From contig NW_003314269.1 of assembly GCF_000143415.4 (NCBI RefSeq), forward strand, positions 740,851 through 804,850: a stretch of 64,000 nt of DNA. Reading direction: 5' to 3'. The notes beneath the pieces were generated by a model that worked only from the letters and a program-made list of their open reading frames with translations, ran no database searches and had not been told where the DNA came from. Positions within the stretch are counted from its first letter, which is position 1. The number at the start of each line of letters is the position of its first letter. The position numbers and the translations under genes were made by a program. This stretch comes from Selaginella moellendorffii. Taxonomy: Eukaryota > Plantae > Lycopodiophyta. Positions 24,625 to 38,400 of the stretch are shown here, piece by piece.

Positions 24625-26570
24625 TTACGGCTGCTGTAGCATGTGTCGAAAGAGCACGACCCTCATGATCTCGTTCGTCCCTTCCAGAATGGTATGGACT
24701 CGCAGGTCCCTAAGATACCTTTCAACCTGGACAAAATGAATTGATTAGAAGTCGTTGCGTGCTACTACTAGATTGTCATGTTACCGGGTAGTCTTTTAAG
24801 TAGCCATATCCTCCATGAAGTTGCAATGCATCATTCGCAATGTTAAAGCAAGCATCAGTAGCGAACCTTAGAAAAAAACAAGCAATATGTTTAGAACAAT
24901 CAACACAACGACCCAACCAACCTTTTCGCCATTGCAGCGCAAGCAGAGGCTTTCGGAGATCCAGCATCCAAGGCAGCAGCAGCATTTGATACCATCAAGC
25001 GTGACGCATGGAGAGCCGTCTGCATATCCGCTAGTTTGAATTGAGTACTTTGAAACTCTGTGATGGCTTTTCCAAACTAAAACCACAAAAAAAGAAAACG
25101 AAAAAGATGTTCCACCGTAAAATGCATAAAGATATTCAGTTACTTGTTTGCGAGTAGACGCATATTCCTGAGCAGTATCAAGGCAGAACTGTGCTCCCCC
25201 GCAACTAAAATAAATTGTGTAAGAAGTTACGATAGGAAAACAAAATAGTTGTCAAACCTGCATGATGCGATATTTATGCGACCTCCATCAAGGCCCGCCA
25301 TTGCGATGGCAAATCCCTGTCCCTCTCGCCCAAGCATATTGGCAGAAGGCACACGCACCTCTTCCATGACCACCTAAACATAGCCAATCAACAAATACCT
25401 TCAAAACACTCTTGAAGACATACGGAAGTGGTAGGCTGAGATCGCCATCCGAGCTTATCTTCGGGCCGTCCAAAAGAAAGTCCAGGCATCCCCTTTCACA
25501 CATCACATTGCAAACAGCTGAGCTCAAGCTTGTCAAAAGAAAGACCGAAAATACCTTCTCTAAGAGAAAGCAAGAGATCCCTTTTGGGCCCAGCGCTCCT
25601 GTTCGAGCCATCACCAAGTACAAGTCGCTAACGCTTCCTCCACTAATGAAGGCCTGAAACATGATCGGATAAGAAACAAAACTGGGCCTCGTAGTCGTTC
25701 TAGACCTTTGATCCATTCAGAATGTAGTCGCTGCTGCCGTGTGCTTGTCTTGCTGTAGTCTGGAGTTGAAAAAAAGTGTCAATACTTGAAGTTGATAGTA
25801 GTTCTTTGCCTGTAAGGATGCGGCATCACTCCCGCTTGAAGGTTCCGTTAAGCAGTACGATGAAAACAATTCCTAGGTAGTATTACAACATCCGGTAAGA
25901 AATCAAGTAACAAAAACGTACCATCTGAATAAGTTTTGGAAGCCAGTGGTTTCTCTGTTGATCATTTCCATACCTACAAACCACAGAGTTGGAAAAAATC
26001 AAAGAACAAATCGAAAGAAACATTGGAAAAGCTACGAAGATAACCTGTCAATCAAAGAGCAGCACATGTTATGAATGGTAAGATAAGCTGTTGTGCTTAC
26101 ATCACCATATGCCAGCGCCTCAAAAATCACTGCTCCATCCACTCGATTAAGCCTGTAAGAACAAGTGCTTGCGAATCTTTGCTTGGTTATCATGCTGCTC
26201 ACTTACCGAGAGCCACCAACGTCTTCAGCACAAAACATTCCTCCGAATCCCAGACCGGCAGCCTTTCGCAAAACCTCCACTGGAAAATATTTGTCGCGAT
26301 CCCACTGCGCGGCATTGGGAAGGAGCTCCTTCTTGGCAAAATCCTGCCGGCAGAGATGAGAATTTCAATATTCTGGCGCGGGGAAGAGATTCCAAGACTT
26401 ACAGTAGCAAGCGCACGAAAATGCAGCTGATCGGCCGTAAGGCGATGCTCGTCCCACAAACTCGAGACACGATCCGAGCTGCTGCCGGCAGAGGTGGCGT
26501 GCTTGCAGAACGAATGTGCGCCACGAATCGCCTTTAGCGTCCGGAAGCTCGACCTTGTCGCCAGCGCCAT
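24625..26570 (-). CDS. ACAD8: Mitochondrial isobutyryl-CoA dehydrogenase-like acyl-CoA dehydrogenase, multi-exon
   Basis: Presequence-like N-terminus; [91 protein letters not shown]. Confidence 0.88.
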
Positions 26571-27310
26571 TCAGATGAGAACGAAGAACCCTAGAAAAAT
26601 ACCGTGAGACAGGAATGGAACACGGCACTACCTCTTTGAAGGCTCGAAAAATTGAAACTGGACCGGACCGTGGACCGTGGAGCGGAACTCCAAAACTTTC
26701 AATTGCATTGCATTCATAAAAGTCTTATGGGAAACGATTTGCCATTTGCATGGTGGCCATTCCAATCTAAGGCTCCATCTTGGCATCGTTTTATCACATC
26801 TGGAATTAAAGGATCTTCATGCTTATTCACCTCCCAGTAAAAAGTGATTTGACTTCTGAATTAGGTAAGTTTTAAACAACTTTTTTCCAAGTGGTAATAA
26901 GCATTCCCTTAATCTAATGGCTGTGATTTTATACAATTGTACATATATCAACACCTACTTTGTATTTCATCTCTCATGTTTTGATTTGCTACCACTTTGT
27001 TCCAAAAAATTTCACCTCGCCTCTTTTGCCACCTTTTATAAGCTTCTCCTCGCTTGCCAATTGGGCTACTCATCACTAGAAATGGCACTTTCCATACTTG
27101 ACTTTCATCACGAGCTGATATGTTAGCTAGGTGGTCCAAACTGTTTAGTTTATCAATAAACTAAACTAAACTAAAAGGTATTTAGCAAATACTTTTTTTT
27201 ATAAAAACATAAGAGAAATAAATAGATTTTGATAATCAAATGGAAATATTAAATGCATAACAACAAAATGCCATGCGAAAGTTGTAATGTGATCTTACTG
27301 CTAAGCTCGA

Positions 27311-28180
27311 ATGCTATGCTCTCTATCAAGCTCTAAACTTGCTTGTCGCTGTCTTGAAAGCATGGACAAGCAACACATTCCAAATGTTTATTGTCAAAAC
27401 TACACCTTCAACACACCCTTAAAGTTGCAATCCTCACGATTATACAGTATAAGTTACCAAAGTGGAGGACTATTGGCCATGGAGAATACATCTTCAGCAC
27501 TGGGCTAGCAATGGCAATGGCAACTTCACCCAAGATCATGATTTGCCCCGATCAAACTGAGCAGCAGCATCAGGCCTGGTAGGGTGCATGATTACTACAC
27601 TAGAAGGGAGAATGTACCAAAGCTACAACTACAGATGACCCGATGCCTATTTCAGTCCAAGAAGCTGTGATTCACCTGGATTCACCAGTCCATCTTTGGA
27701 GTGTGTTATATTCTTGACCAAGTCGACGTGAGTGATCAGCAGTGATGGTGGTCTTGCATAGCTATGGTGAGAATTGGACAGATGAGACGGGCACCATGAC
27801 TGTGAGCCTTGTACACACAGAGAGTACCACCACCTGTTACACAGTCACAGCTTCACACAAGGCATTGATGTCAACTATACTCTCAAGATCCTGTCTCTGG
27901 GGAAATTTGGCACGGGCTTGTCAGTTGGCTTTGAGCACAGCTTCTGGCAGGAGTGAAGAAAAAACGTCTAAAAGGCAATCAAGTGTTGGACTGAGTATCA
28001 AGTCACCATTCCCCTACACAAAGATTCATCTGATTGTTAGTACTATTGATCATATCTACAGGTATAGATAGTGATTGAATGCCTCCAGGCAATATTCATG
28101 TTCCATTTATGTATGATCATGGCATCAATCAAGCATCAATAAACAACATCAATGGAGTGTCTACCTATAACTTTAGAGCC
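27311..28180 (+). pseudogene. Frameshifted aerolysin/natterin (ETX/MTX2)-type beta-pore-forming protein
   Basis: Across frames: YILDQVDVSDQQ / ENWTDETGTMTVSLVHTESTTT / SHSFTQGIDVNYTLKILSLGKFGTGLSVGFEHSF (amphipathic hairpin) / SEEKTS / TEYQVTIP / GNIHVPF / INGVSTYN. Confidence 0.65.
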
Positions 28181-30930
28181 TTCACAATACTGACGATTAC
28201 TCCTATCTCAGTGTAGTACCTCAAGGTAAGGCAGTCACTAAGAAGAACCAAGTGTTAGTCTTCTGTATGAGATAAAAAAAATGGCTGTGTAAGCAACTAA
28301 AGAGAATGATTTAAGAGATGGTCTATAGAGTTCAAATATAAAAGGAAAAGGCCCATGAATAAGAGCACTCTTTTTTAATTGGTTAGGGGTTTTGGGATAC
28401 TTAAGCTTGAATAATACTAAGTTAGGTAATTTTCTGGGAAGTTTAAATTCAAGAGCTTACAAAAACCAAAAATTTATAAAAATGCAACATGTAGTCAAAG
28501 GTCAAGGCGGGGCATTTGATATCAAGCTAATCATCTGTAAGTTTCATGATAGGTGTTGACCTTATCTTCGACTATAGCACCAACACATCACTAATCCCAA
28601 AGATCCCATATTCACCTACATTTCTTGGATGCTAAGGAGCTGCCATAAATAGTCTAGCTCCAAGATCCCTACAAGAATCTCTAGTGCCCTTGTCTCGATG
28701 GGCTATGAGATTCCAAGCATTGAAACATTTTGGTGGTTCCATCATTGCCACTACTTAACAATCAAGATTTCCAAGAATCCAGGACAAATCTCCTCAAATC
28801 AATACTCCTAGAAACAGCCTAAGCAATGGCTGAGAATCATAGTACCAATGTCTACAAGATCATCAGTGAGGTGAAGAGCTTAGTGTTTTGTGTTGTTCTC
28901 TATGTTGAATAGTGTGTTCTCATTTTTTGTGTTGCTTAAGTATAATATATATTGTTCTTTTTATATTTTTAGCATCTGATCACTTTCTAGCTTACCTTCC
29001 AAGATGTTGATGGATTTGAAAGAGGTAGGGAGTGTACTCTCTACAATTGACTATGATATTCATTCATTTATTTGTATGCTATTTACAAGGTCTCACAATG
29101 CCCTCAAGAAGCATGAGACCAATGGATTCAAATATGCCACACTGAAAATTTTCATAATTGTCTATTATCCAATTCATCAATATCTATATCATCTACCTCA
29201 TTCCTTGTCATTGTCCTTGTGGTTGTGGCCAACCTTCATCCATGTGCTTCAATTGGCATAGCTTGTAGATGAATACAAGCACTAGAGTGCTATTGTTTCC
29301 TTGTACCCCTCTGTGACTGCAGTAGTGGCTGGTGGTTTGTATTGGCAATGGTGAGCATTAGTTATATGATCACCTCTTGGTAATTAAACTCCACCTCCCT
29401 TAGAAATAAGTAGAGTTGGTTTGCCTATTGTTTGCCTTTGAGGATGATGTGGAGATGAACCCTCATGGAACTAGAGCATTTGAGAGTTTAGTGTACATAA
29501 CACAATCATTTATCACATGTTTAGCGTCCTCAACTCACTCAAAGTAGGTTGGGTAAAGTCTCCTCTCATGTGCAATTTGTGGTCTTAGCCTTTAGCCTAG
29601 TTCCATTATAAGTTGGTAATGTCATGTTCAGTAGGTAGCAAGTAGTTTTTTGTTCCATGGTGTGAGACCATTATATACTATTAAGTAGATTAACTAGGAT
29701 ATTTTTTGTTATATTTATCTAGGGTGTAGGATCATCCATCCAATAACCTAGCATCAATCACGAATGCTCAAAATCATCAAATTTTCCTTTGTCATCTCCT
29801 ATAGTTTGGGTTTGGGGGCTTACCAAAGAAACAACTCTAGAAAAAGTGTATAATATTCACATTTTGTGAGAAATGCACCAATTTAAATGAGTTATATAAC
29901 TACTTTTCTGTCTACACAAAATGCACTAACACTTAAACACCATTCAACTATCACCGACAAAGAAATGACTAATGGAGTTAGCCATTTTTGCTTCTTTGAG
30001 AGTCACCCAATTTATAGAAAATGATATGCACCTACTTATAGATGATATAGAAAAATAAGCTAAAGGCCTCAACCCTCATAAATAAATAAATTAAATCTGT
30101 TAGTAAAGTTTAAATAGACTATTGTAAATAGATAGTTAAAGTTGTTTACACAATCACACCCTTTTGAATGGAATTAAGAATATCAAAAGAAAGGTTAATT
30201 ATGTGATCAATCAATAATAGCTACCCTATAATTAAAAATTTCACCATGCACATAAAGTGTTGAAGGTAGTTTGTCTATACTGGCTTAAACTTCAAGATCA
30301 ACATGATGGATAATATCAAAGTTAGAGATAAATATATATTAGAGACATTGAATTGTCAATAAATAAATCTTAAATTAGAACTAAAAAGTATTCTAATTAA
30401 GGAAACCACTAAGATCATGATAGATTAAAAACAAAGGTTTAACCATCCAACAAAATTCAATAACAAGTATATCATAAAAAAAACTCAATAATAAAGCTTA
30501 ACTATCAAATATTGTAGATAGTTTGCCAAACAACTGATAAAAGAAAACTTAAAGAACACAAAATATTATTGCATAATAAGAAAAATATTCCTGAATGTTT
30601 TACCAAACAAAATATCATTCCAATCCATTAGAATCAACCTTAGGAACAATTAATGTAGAATGAATGTTGTAAGGGCTAACAAACACTTATTATATATTAG
30701 CTAATTTGATTAAATTTTAGTCAATAATATTAAAAAACTAGAGTTGCTAAAGTAAGTGTCAACAATATCTTACTAATATTTCAAACACCAAAAGACCAAT
30801 CTAGAGTGAACTTCAAAAAATATGTGAGAACACATAAAGCAAAAAACCACAAAAAAAAACAATTAACCATCACTAGAGATTGTTAATTATCCTATCAATA
30901 GAGATGTATAATCATCAAAAGATAATCTAT

Positions 30931-31392
30931 NNNNNNNNNNNNNNNNNNNNNNNNNNNNNNNNNNNNNNNNNNNNNNNNNNNNNNNNNNNNNNNNNNNNNN
31001 NNNNNNNNNNNNNNNNNNNNNNNNNNNNNNNNNNNNNNNNNNNNNNNNNNNNNNNNNNNNNNNNNNNNNNNNNNNNNNNNNNNNNNNNNNNNNNNNNNNN
31101 NNNNNNNNNNNNNNNNNNNNNNNNNNNNNNNNNNNNNNNNNNNNNNNNNNNNNNNNNNNNNNNNNNNNNNNNNNNNNNNNNNNNNNNNNNNNNNNNNNNN
31201 NNNNNNNNNNNNNNNNNNNNNNNNNNNNNNNNNNNNNNNNNNNNNNNNNNNNNNNNNNNNNNNNNNNNNNNNNNNNNNNNNNNNNNNNNNNNNNNNNNNN
31301 NNNNNNNNNNNNNNNNNNNNNNNNNNNNNNNNNNNNNNNNNNNNNNNNNNNNNNNNNNNNNNNNNNNNNNNNNNNNNNNNNNNNNNNNNNNN
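30931..31392. other. Assembly gap (462 N)
   Basis: Run of N. Confidence 1.
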
Positions 31393-32499
31393 GACCTCTA
31401 TAAAGGATAATATACTATCCAAATTTTGATCAATCATTACCAATAATTGCTAAATACAAACACTAACTTTAATATCAAAATTAATGAGCCAAAATTACCT
31501 TCCTTAAAAACTCTTAATAATTGGAATAATGAGCATGAGAATTTAAAAAACCAAAAGTTTGAGGAAGTCCATAACTAAGTTTTGTATAACAATAATCACA
31601 AGTCTCACATCAACTAACTCAATGCTTAATAAGAATTCATGGTATAACCTATAATGTAAACATTTACAAGTTAAACTTCATAATACAAAAATTATTGAAG
31701 AGCATATTTGCATCAATCTAAAAGCTAAACACAATAAAGTTATACTCAACAAGTGATCACAAAACTAATTTTCCATAAATCCATCTTCTATATGGTAATG
31801 CAATTCACTTCATAACAAGTATATTAAGAATTATAAATAATCAATAACTTCAACTCAATCCAACAAAAAACCAACAACTTTAATATTGATTATTAACTTT
31901 TCTTTTTGTAAAGTTAGCATAGTCACTTTTCAAGGAAAAGCCAAAGCTTAAACCTTTACTAAGTAATTTCATTTAGAATAAGACTAACTCAACTTGCCAC
32001 AACTCATTTAAACATCAATATAGTTGTCAACTAGCAAAGCACAATTGCCAACAACATTAATATATAACCTAATCATTAATACCATCTCTAGCAAAATAAA
32101 ATATCAATCTTTAATGAGGCCTTTCAATATGCCTATGGAGAAAACATCTCATATTACTCTAATCTCAACATCAATATCAAGGCATCATTTCAATACTATT
32201 AACACCATAATAAAGTTAGTAGAAAGCAAAAGTGAACCACCACTCAAGCTCTTTAACAACTAAACTAATTGAAGTTAAAAATATTATATTTAGTATCTAA
32301 GATCAATCCTTCAAGAGTACTTAACTATAACATAACAAGCCATGAATAATGGCTTTTGATTGCATCATGGCTTCCTCCTATCATTATGAGTTTTTATATT
32401 GTGTTATATAATGGTTTTATGATATAGTGACTTTACTTTTGTTTTGTGGTATTCAATAGTGGCTTTTGCCCTCAAATTGCTACTTCCCAGCATGAAGAA

Positions 32500-35430
32500 A
32501 ATGAACCATAAGCATGCGACCACATTCTATAAAGCCTTCTGCAGATAAGAAAGCATAACCAGACTTCTGTCAAAACAGTTGCTACCTACAAGTGATTGCT
32601 CCACAATACAGTAGCAGGACATTTGCTTCACCACACCATCCAGCCATAGATCCCAACTACTCTAAATTGGTGTCCTAGCTCCTAGTGTTCACTCAAGTCC
32701 AAGGGCCTGTCTCAGCTGCCTTAGACTTCTTCTAAACATTGGAAGGAAGCCAGAATGTGGACCCAAGTGTTCCCCTAAAAGCTTTCATTGTGACATTGAG
32801 GTTCTTGTGAGGAAGACGAAGCCCTCTAAATCTGTGAAAGTGACATACATGTTATATTGTGTCAATTGCAACTTGTCCCTAGAATCAGCACAATTGAGGC
32901 ATCTAGGCAGGCATAGCTGGAAAGATTCCTCTCTTAAAGCGCCACACAAGAACACAAACAAGGCTCTTACTAGTGTTGTAGGCACTCATGAACAAACTAT
33001 ATATATGATATATATATTATAAGTTTAGTCATATAATGCCAAGTTTCATGTAGAAGAAAAGTCTTGCCTTTCTCAGCTATTGTCAATGAGGAAAAACCTG
33101 AGTCTTCATCATGGTGGAGGGTCACTTGCACTTGTCTTCTGCACTTTATTTCAAACCAACCAAGAAGCATAGGAATGGCTTCTGTTAATTCATACTAACC
33201 GTCATCATGAAGCCTAAGTTCCTTGACCTTTGCTATTTTTACCTTTCCACAATATTAGCAACCCACTACAAATTGATGGCCACATAACTCCATGTCATCC
33301 ACTTCAACCGGGACAGAACCATCCTCTGAAATCAGACAAAAATGAACCACTCTACTTGAGACCATTTTTGCTTTGTATTTTATTGTTTAGCAGGTTTGAC
33401 TAACACCACTTCCCCAGTAACAGAATGATTCTCCAACCACTTTATGTCCAAGGTCAACCGTTCCACATTACTACTTGTTACTAACCCCAACCTTGTTCCT
33501 GCTCTTCCTTGTAATTCGACTACATCACCAGCTTGCACCCAAACAGGATTCACCCTTGACAGAAGATCATTTGGAAATTTGGTGGCAACAACTTCTAAGG
33601 CAATATGAAAACCTCTCTTTGCCATGGCATCATCATTATGCGGGACAACACAAATTTCCCGAAGAATTTCCTGAATATACAATATGCAAGCAGAGTCATA
33701 TGCTACTTGTCCATATGCTAGAATTTGCATATTTGTAGATTCATATATCATTGGATGAGAAGTTTGTGGATGACAATGATACTTGTGTATGTGTCAATAC
33801 AGTTTCTTAGAAATATATCTGGATAACATAAAAGGACTCACTTAATAGTATGCTGAAAACAAACCATCAATCACCCACTGTAATCAATGGAAAAAATCTC
33901 CATCACCTCCACATAACAAACCTCACTTGCAGAATAAATTATGAGAAATAAGAAGTTGAAACTAGACAAATACCTCCATTGTCTAGATCCTTTGTGACAA
34001 CCAAACTCCCACATTTTAAAATTGAATTGTGAGTGCAAATAGCCTTGTGCCCATAGCAATGCCCTTTGACAATTTTTTATTCCTAAAATGTTGGGCCTAC
34101 TAGCTGCACAATAGCTTCCAACTATACAGTTGATAGCAAATTCCCTCCCATCATATTCACTAGGACACCAACATCATGTAATCTTCTTTTCCAGTCTGTG
34201 CTTGCTATGTCCATGGATCTCCTCTATAAATCTATGGCTCGCTCCTCCAAAGTCACAACTACTAACCCATCCTTCACAAACATAGTCTTCAATTCTAACA
34301 CGTGGTGCTACAGATTTGAGTCAGACTTTAAAGACCTCAATGCTACATAGACAAACACATATAAATAGAAATGACATTCATGAAAGCTCATCTCAGGTAA
34401 CATTTTTCTAGAATCTTTGAAGAAGTTCACAAGCATCTTTTTGTAGGTATTTCTTTAGAACAATCCAGGAAGAAATGATGGTAGAAAGAGATAGACTTCT
34501 CCCCCTTTTATGGTTGAACTTGCTATTAAACAAAAGCTTTGTTAAGCCCAGGTCACATCTATGCTAATGAGCCATATTGGAAAATATCATCACAAATGTG
34601 CCCTCTGCTAAACACATGCATCAAAATGGACTGATGAGCTCCATACCTCTCATACTAGAACACTTCTACAGTGTTGCAAATCTAACGAACATAGTCAAGA
34701 TTTTCAACTGTCCATCTACAACTCTGGCTCCAATTGTAAAAAATTCTTGTCAACTCAATGAGCAGCTGACATATTTGAAAATCTGCTGTATTGAGAAGTC
34801 CATCCACTATGTACAGTTGATACCATTGCATATAGTGTTGGTTTTCCTGTGTTTGCCAGAAGCCAAGTCTTAATAGTGGATGGTCATATTGGCATCCCCT
34901 CTTCATACAGCTTGTCCTCGATTTCAACAGAACCTCCATTCACTTTGATACTATCTCTACATGACCATTCTGTTCCATTGTAGCAAAGGTGAGTTCATTC
35001 CATTGTTTCAGAACATCTAAGCACCAGAGATGCATTAAGTTAAAGCTAGAGATCTCTACCAAGTTCAACCTACAAATCCTTGTCAAAAAAAGTCAATTGA
35101 AGCCATAATGAAGTCCAACTATACTTACTCGTATATTTCAAAAAGTCTTATCTCACACTTGTATCCCACTGTACTTGTCACTTTCGTGATGTGTTTGGAA
35201 GCTATTCTAATTCCTTGATAGCTACCTATATTTTTCTTGCAAAGTTCATGGTGTGGTAGGCTCCATAAAATTCTTTGTTATACCTCCATTCTTCCAGAAG
35301 TTCCCTCCAAAAGCATTGGAGCTTTACATTTGCTGTAGCAGTTCTTCCCACATGAGATAGAAAGATAATTAGAAAAACATAAGAGATATATAATGTTTTG
35401 TTTACCACTCAAGAACTTCAGGAGTTTGCA
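32500..35430 (-). mobile_element. Highly decayed multi-exon gene, probably a CACTA/En-Spm (Plavaka-like) transposase remnant
   Basis: Fragments GWTSQYSRFSNM, NL*HHVLELKTMFVKDG..LEER, VCYVEVMEIFSIDYSG, IQEILREICVVPH resemble En/Spm-superfamily transposase motifs; short introns and many stops. Confidence 0.4.
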
Positions 35431-35439
35431 TTGTGCAAG

Positions 35440-38400
35440 ATGGTCTATGGTTACCACTATTGGGATGTGGAGCTTAGAGCACTGAGAATATTCTAATTTC
35501 TAGAATATTCCCTTCTCTTTGTATAAAAGCCTCACAAGTTAGCGGCATTTAGGGCAATTGAAAAGAGCTTGAGTTTATGATGGAGGCATGGAGAGGTTGA
35601 GTTAGAGAGGTTAGGAGATAGCCTTCATCTCCCAATTAGTTTAACTTTTTATGGAGAATAAGAAAAAATCTTGATGGATGGAGAGATTTCAGAGTTTTAA
35701 TGGCTAAATTTGTGTTTGGGGGATCTCTTGGATTGATAAAAACTCCCTCTTGCATAAATTTAGAGCACAGACTCATAGATCTAGAGTTCTTGCCATTGTT
35801 TTTCCACTTTCCTTCATTTTGCTTGGTTTTGGAGAAATTTTTAGTGATATTTTTGTTGTGCCTTGTTTGGGTTGAAGTAGTTTCTCCTCTTCTTTTCAGT
35901 GAGTTAAAGAATATGTGATTTGGTGGAGAATTAAGTTGCATGCAAATGTTTTTCTTTCATATTTTCCCTTGTTTTCACGGTTTATTTCTAGATGTTTAAA
36001 CTTGAGATTCCAACATTGGTTTACATAAAAAAAACACTATTTGGAAATTTCATGACCAAATCTAAAGGCCCACACAAGCAATTTTCAGTGGAATATAAAA
36101 AGTTGAGATATCTTTCTCTTTTTCTTGCTCTCTTCTTTTTTCTCTTCCCACAACAAAGTTCTAGAGCTTTAAGAGTGATAATTCCTGATTTTTCTTTGAA
36201 ATTTCTTTTGTGGGTCTCTCCCTTTGCTTCCTAGCTTTCTTTGAAGTCCTTTCTTGCAAGCAAAGAATTGTGAGTTTTGGTGTTGTTTATCAACTTTGGG
36301 GAGTTTGTTCTTTCCAATTTCATCACTATTTTCATTCACATTTCCTTTAAAGCTTTTTGCTATGTGATTGCATTAGATTTTATGCCAAATTTAAAGAGTT
36401 TGGAATTCCCACTTTTGCTCATTTATTTTGAATACAAGGGGTGGTTTTAGCTATTTTCACTCAATTCTTAATAGTTTTACAAATTTTTCTTTCTATAGCT
36501 GTGTAGATGGCATCAAGTGCTTTCTGACACACTCTTGTTCATGATTTTTGGTGCTTTAAAGCTTGAGATATTCATGTTTTTATGCTTGTGAATGTTTGTG
36601 AGTGATAATTTTTATTCTCCAACCATTTATTTTGGATATGAGATCTTTACATTAGCTTAGAGGATTCCAAGAGCCAAGAATTTTTACTCTTTGGGAGTAT
36701 TTGCAACAGGCTGACATTTGCAATGATTACAGGATTTATACCCATTCACACTAGATTCACGCACATTCGATGCTGCTTACTATCAATACTATCCCTCGGG
36801 TTAAGGGTTGTCATTCATGTATTTGCCATTAGCTAGATTATCAAACGACTCTTTCAGATGAGGAGGATTCAGACTTAGCAAATAGCGAGTTTGGGCATTC
36901 ACTACCTATAACAATTCCTCCTCAGATCCATATTGTATAGTGGGGGATGGACTTGCCTTACTTCTCAAGCAATGGGGACATCTTAGCAAAGACACATATT
37001 CTTCATTTTAAGCAATATTATGTGTTAAACAACATTAGCGATGATGATTACAAGCTTCAAGACTTCTCTCGATCACTTACCGGTGGAGCAACAACATGGG
37101 TAGAAACTCTTTGGAGGTAGATATGGCAGACTATGCCACATTCAAGGCCTCCTTCAAGTTGCACTTTGATCAGTAGCAGCTAGCAAATCCTTTGCTCATA
37201 CACTTGTTTGCCTTTTGACAAAGAGCTTGCAAGTCGATGCCGAAGTATGTGATGCATTTTTGTGCCTACTGGAAGGAGTGTGTGGAACAATAGATAATCA
37301 CCAATGAGCTCCATGGTATCACAACATTTATCTCTAGGCTTAAGAGGAAGCTCCAATACAAGATGCTCAAGATGCAATTCTAGACATATTGTAAGGCTTT
37401 TGCAGCTATAAAGACTTTAGAGCATGATTTTCTTCAAGGGATTGGTATCTCTAAGGGTGAGGAGGCTTTACTTCCTCCCTCATTGGAATCTTCATGCATA
37501 ACCATTTTTCGTCTAGTTCCTGCACCCACCATTGTTATTGACAAAGTCTTTGCAGTGATTGAGAAGGCTTTGACAGAGCTTGTGGTATACAAGGACATCA
37601 TCCAGTAGTAATAGCAAATGCAAAAGAAGATTCTCGAAGAACTCTATGCTTGCCACTTATAACAAGCCAATAAGCCAAAATGTCTTGATATTGCTCCCAT
37701 TGCAATGTCACGACTCACAGCATGGAGAGGTGTTGGAAGCTACAACCACCACGTTCTTAATGTGTCTAGGAGTAATTGTTTGTAAATAACAATGTTGCAA
37801 CACAAGAGAAGGATTGTTACCAGTAGCAACTTGAGTAGCATTTAATCAAAGTTGCACCTTCATCATCTTCAAGAAAAGGGAAGGCTCTAATGGGATAGGT
37901 CAATACAATCATGATTGCCAAGGAGGAGTTCGCAAAGATAGTAGCCACAAGAGCACAAAAGAAGAAAGTCACTCAAGAGGAAGTCTATGATTATTTAACT
38001 CCTTTGGCAATCACCGATCAAGCACCAAAGGTGGCATGCAAGCACCCATTCACATCTCTCCTTCTTGAATGTCCTCCACCTTTCTCTAGGAGTTCCCAAG
38101 CAGGAATTGTGCACAAAAGCTTGTGTAGTGAAAAGGTGACAAACATCTACATCAATTGTTGAAGTGCACTATAAGGGAGCTTTGGATAATGTCTTGAGGA
38201 CTTTGTGAAGTCTACTAAAGCTACAACCTCTCTCCCACAAGTTGTGCACATCATTGACACAACCTCCTCTTTTGATCCAAGTCCATTTTTTGCACTTGTA
38301 GACTTTGGCAATGGTTCTCCTATCATCAACACTCTCATCGATTTTGGATCTGGAAACACTGTGATTTCTTTGGATGCAGCCATAAGAGCAAGTCCTCCAG

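Noticed and set aside
24566-24634. 14-bp inverted repeat over the ACAD8 stop codon
   Set aside because: Too short, no TSD; cannot support a MITE or miRNA call.
28500-30900. Short ORF-like fragments in decayed DNA
   Set aside because: No recognisable motifs; left unannotated.
30880-31443. Poly-X ORFs
   Set aside because: Artefacts of the N gap.
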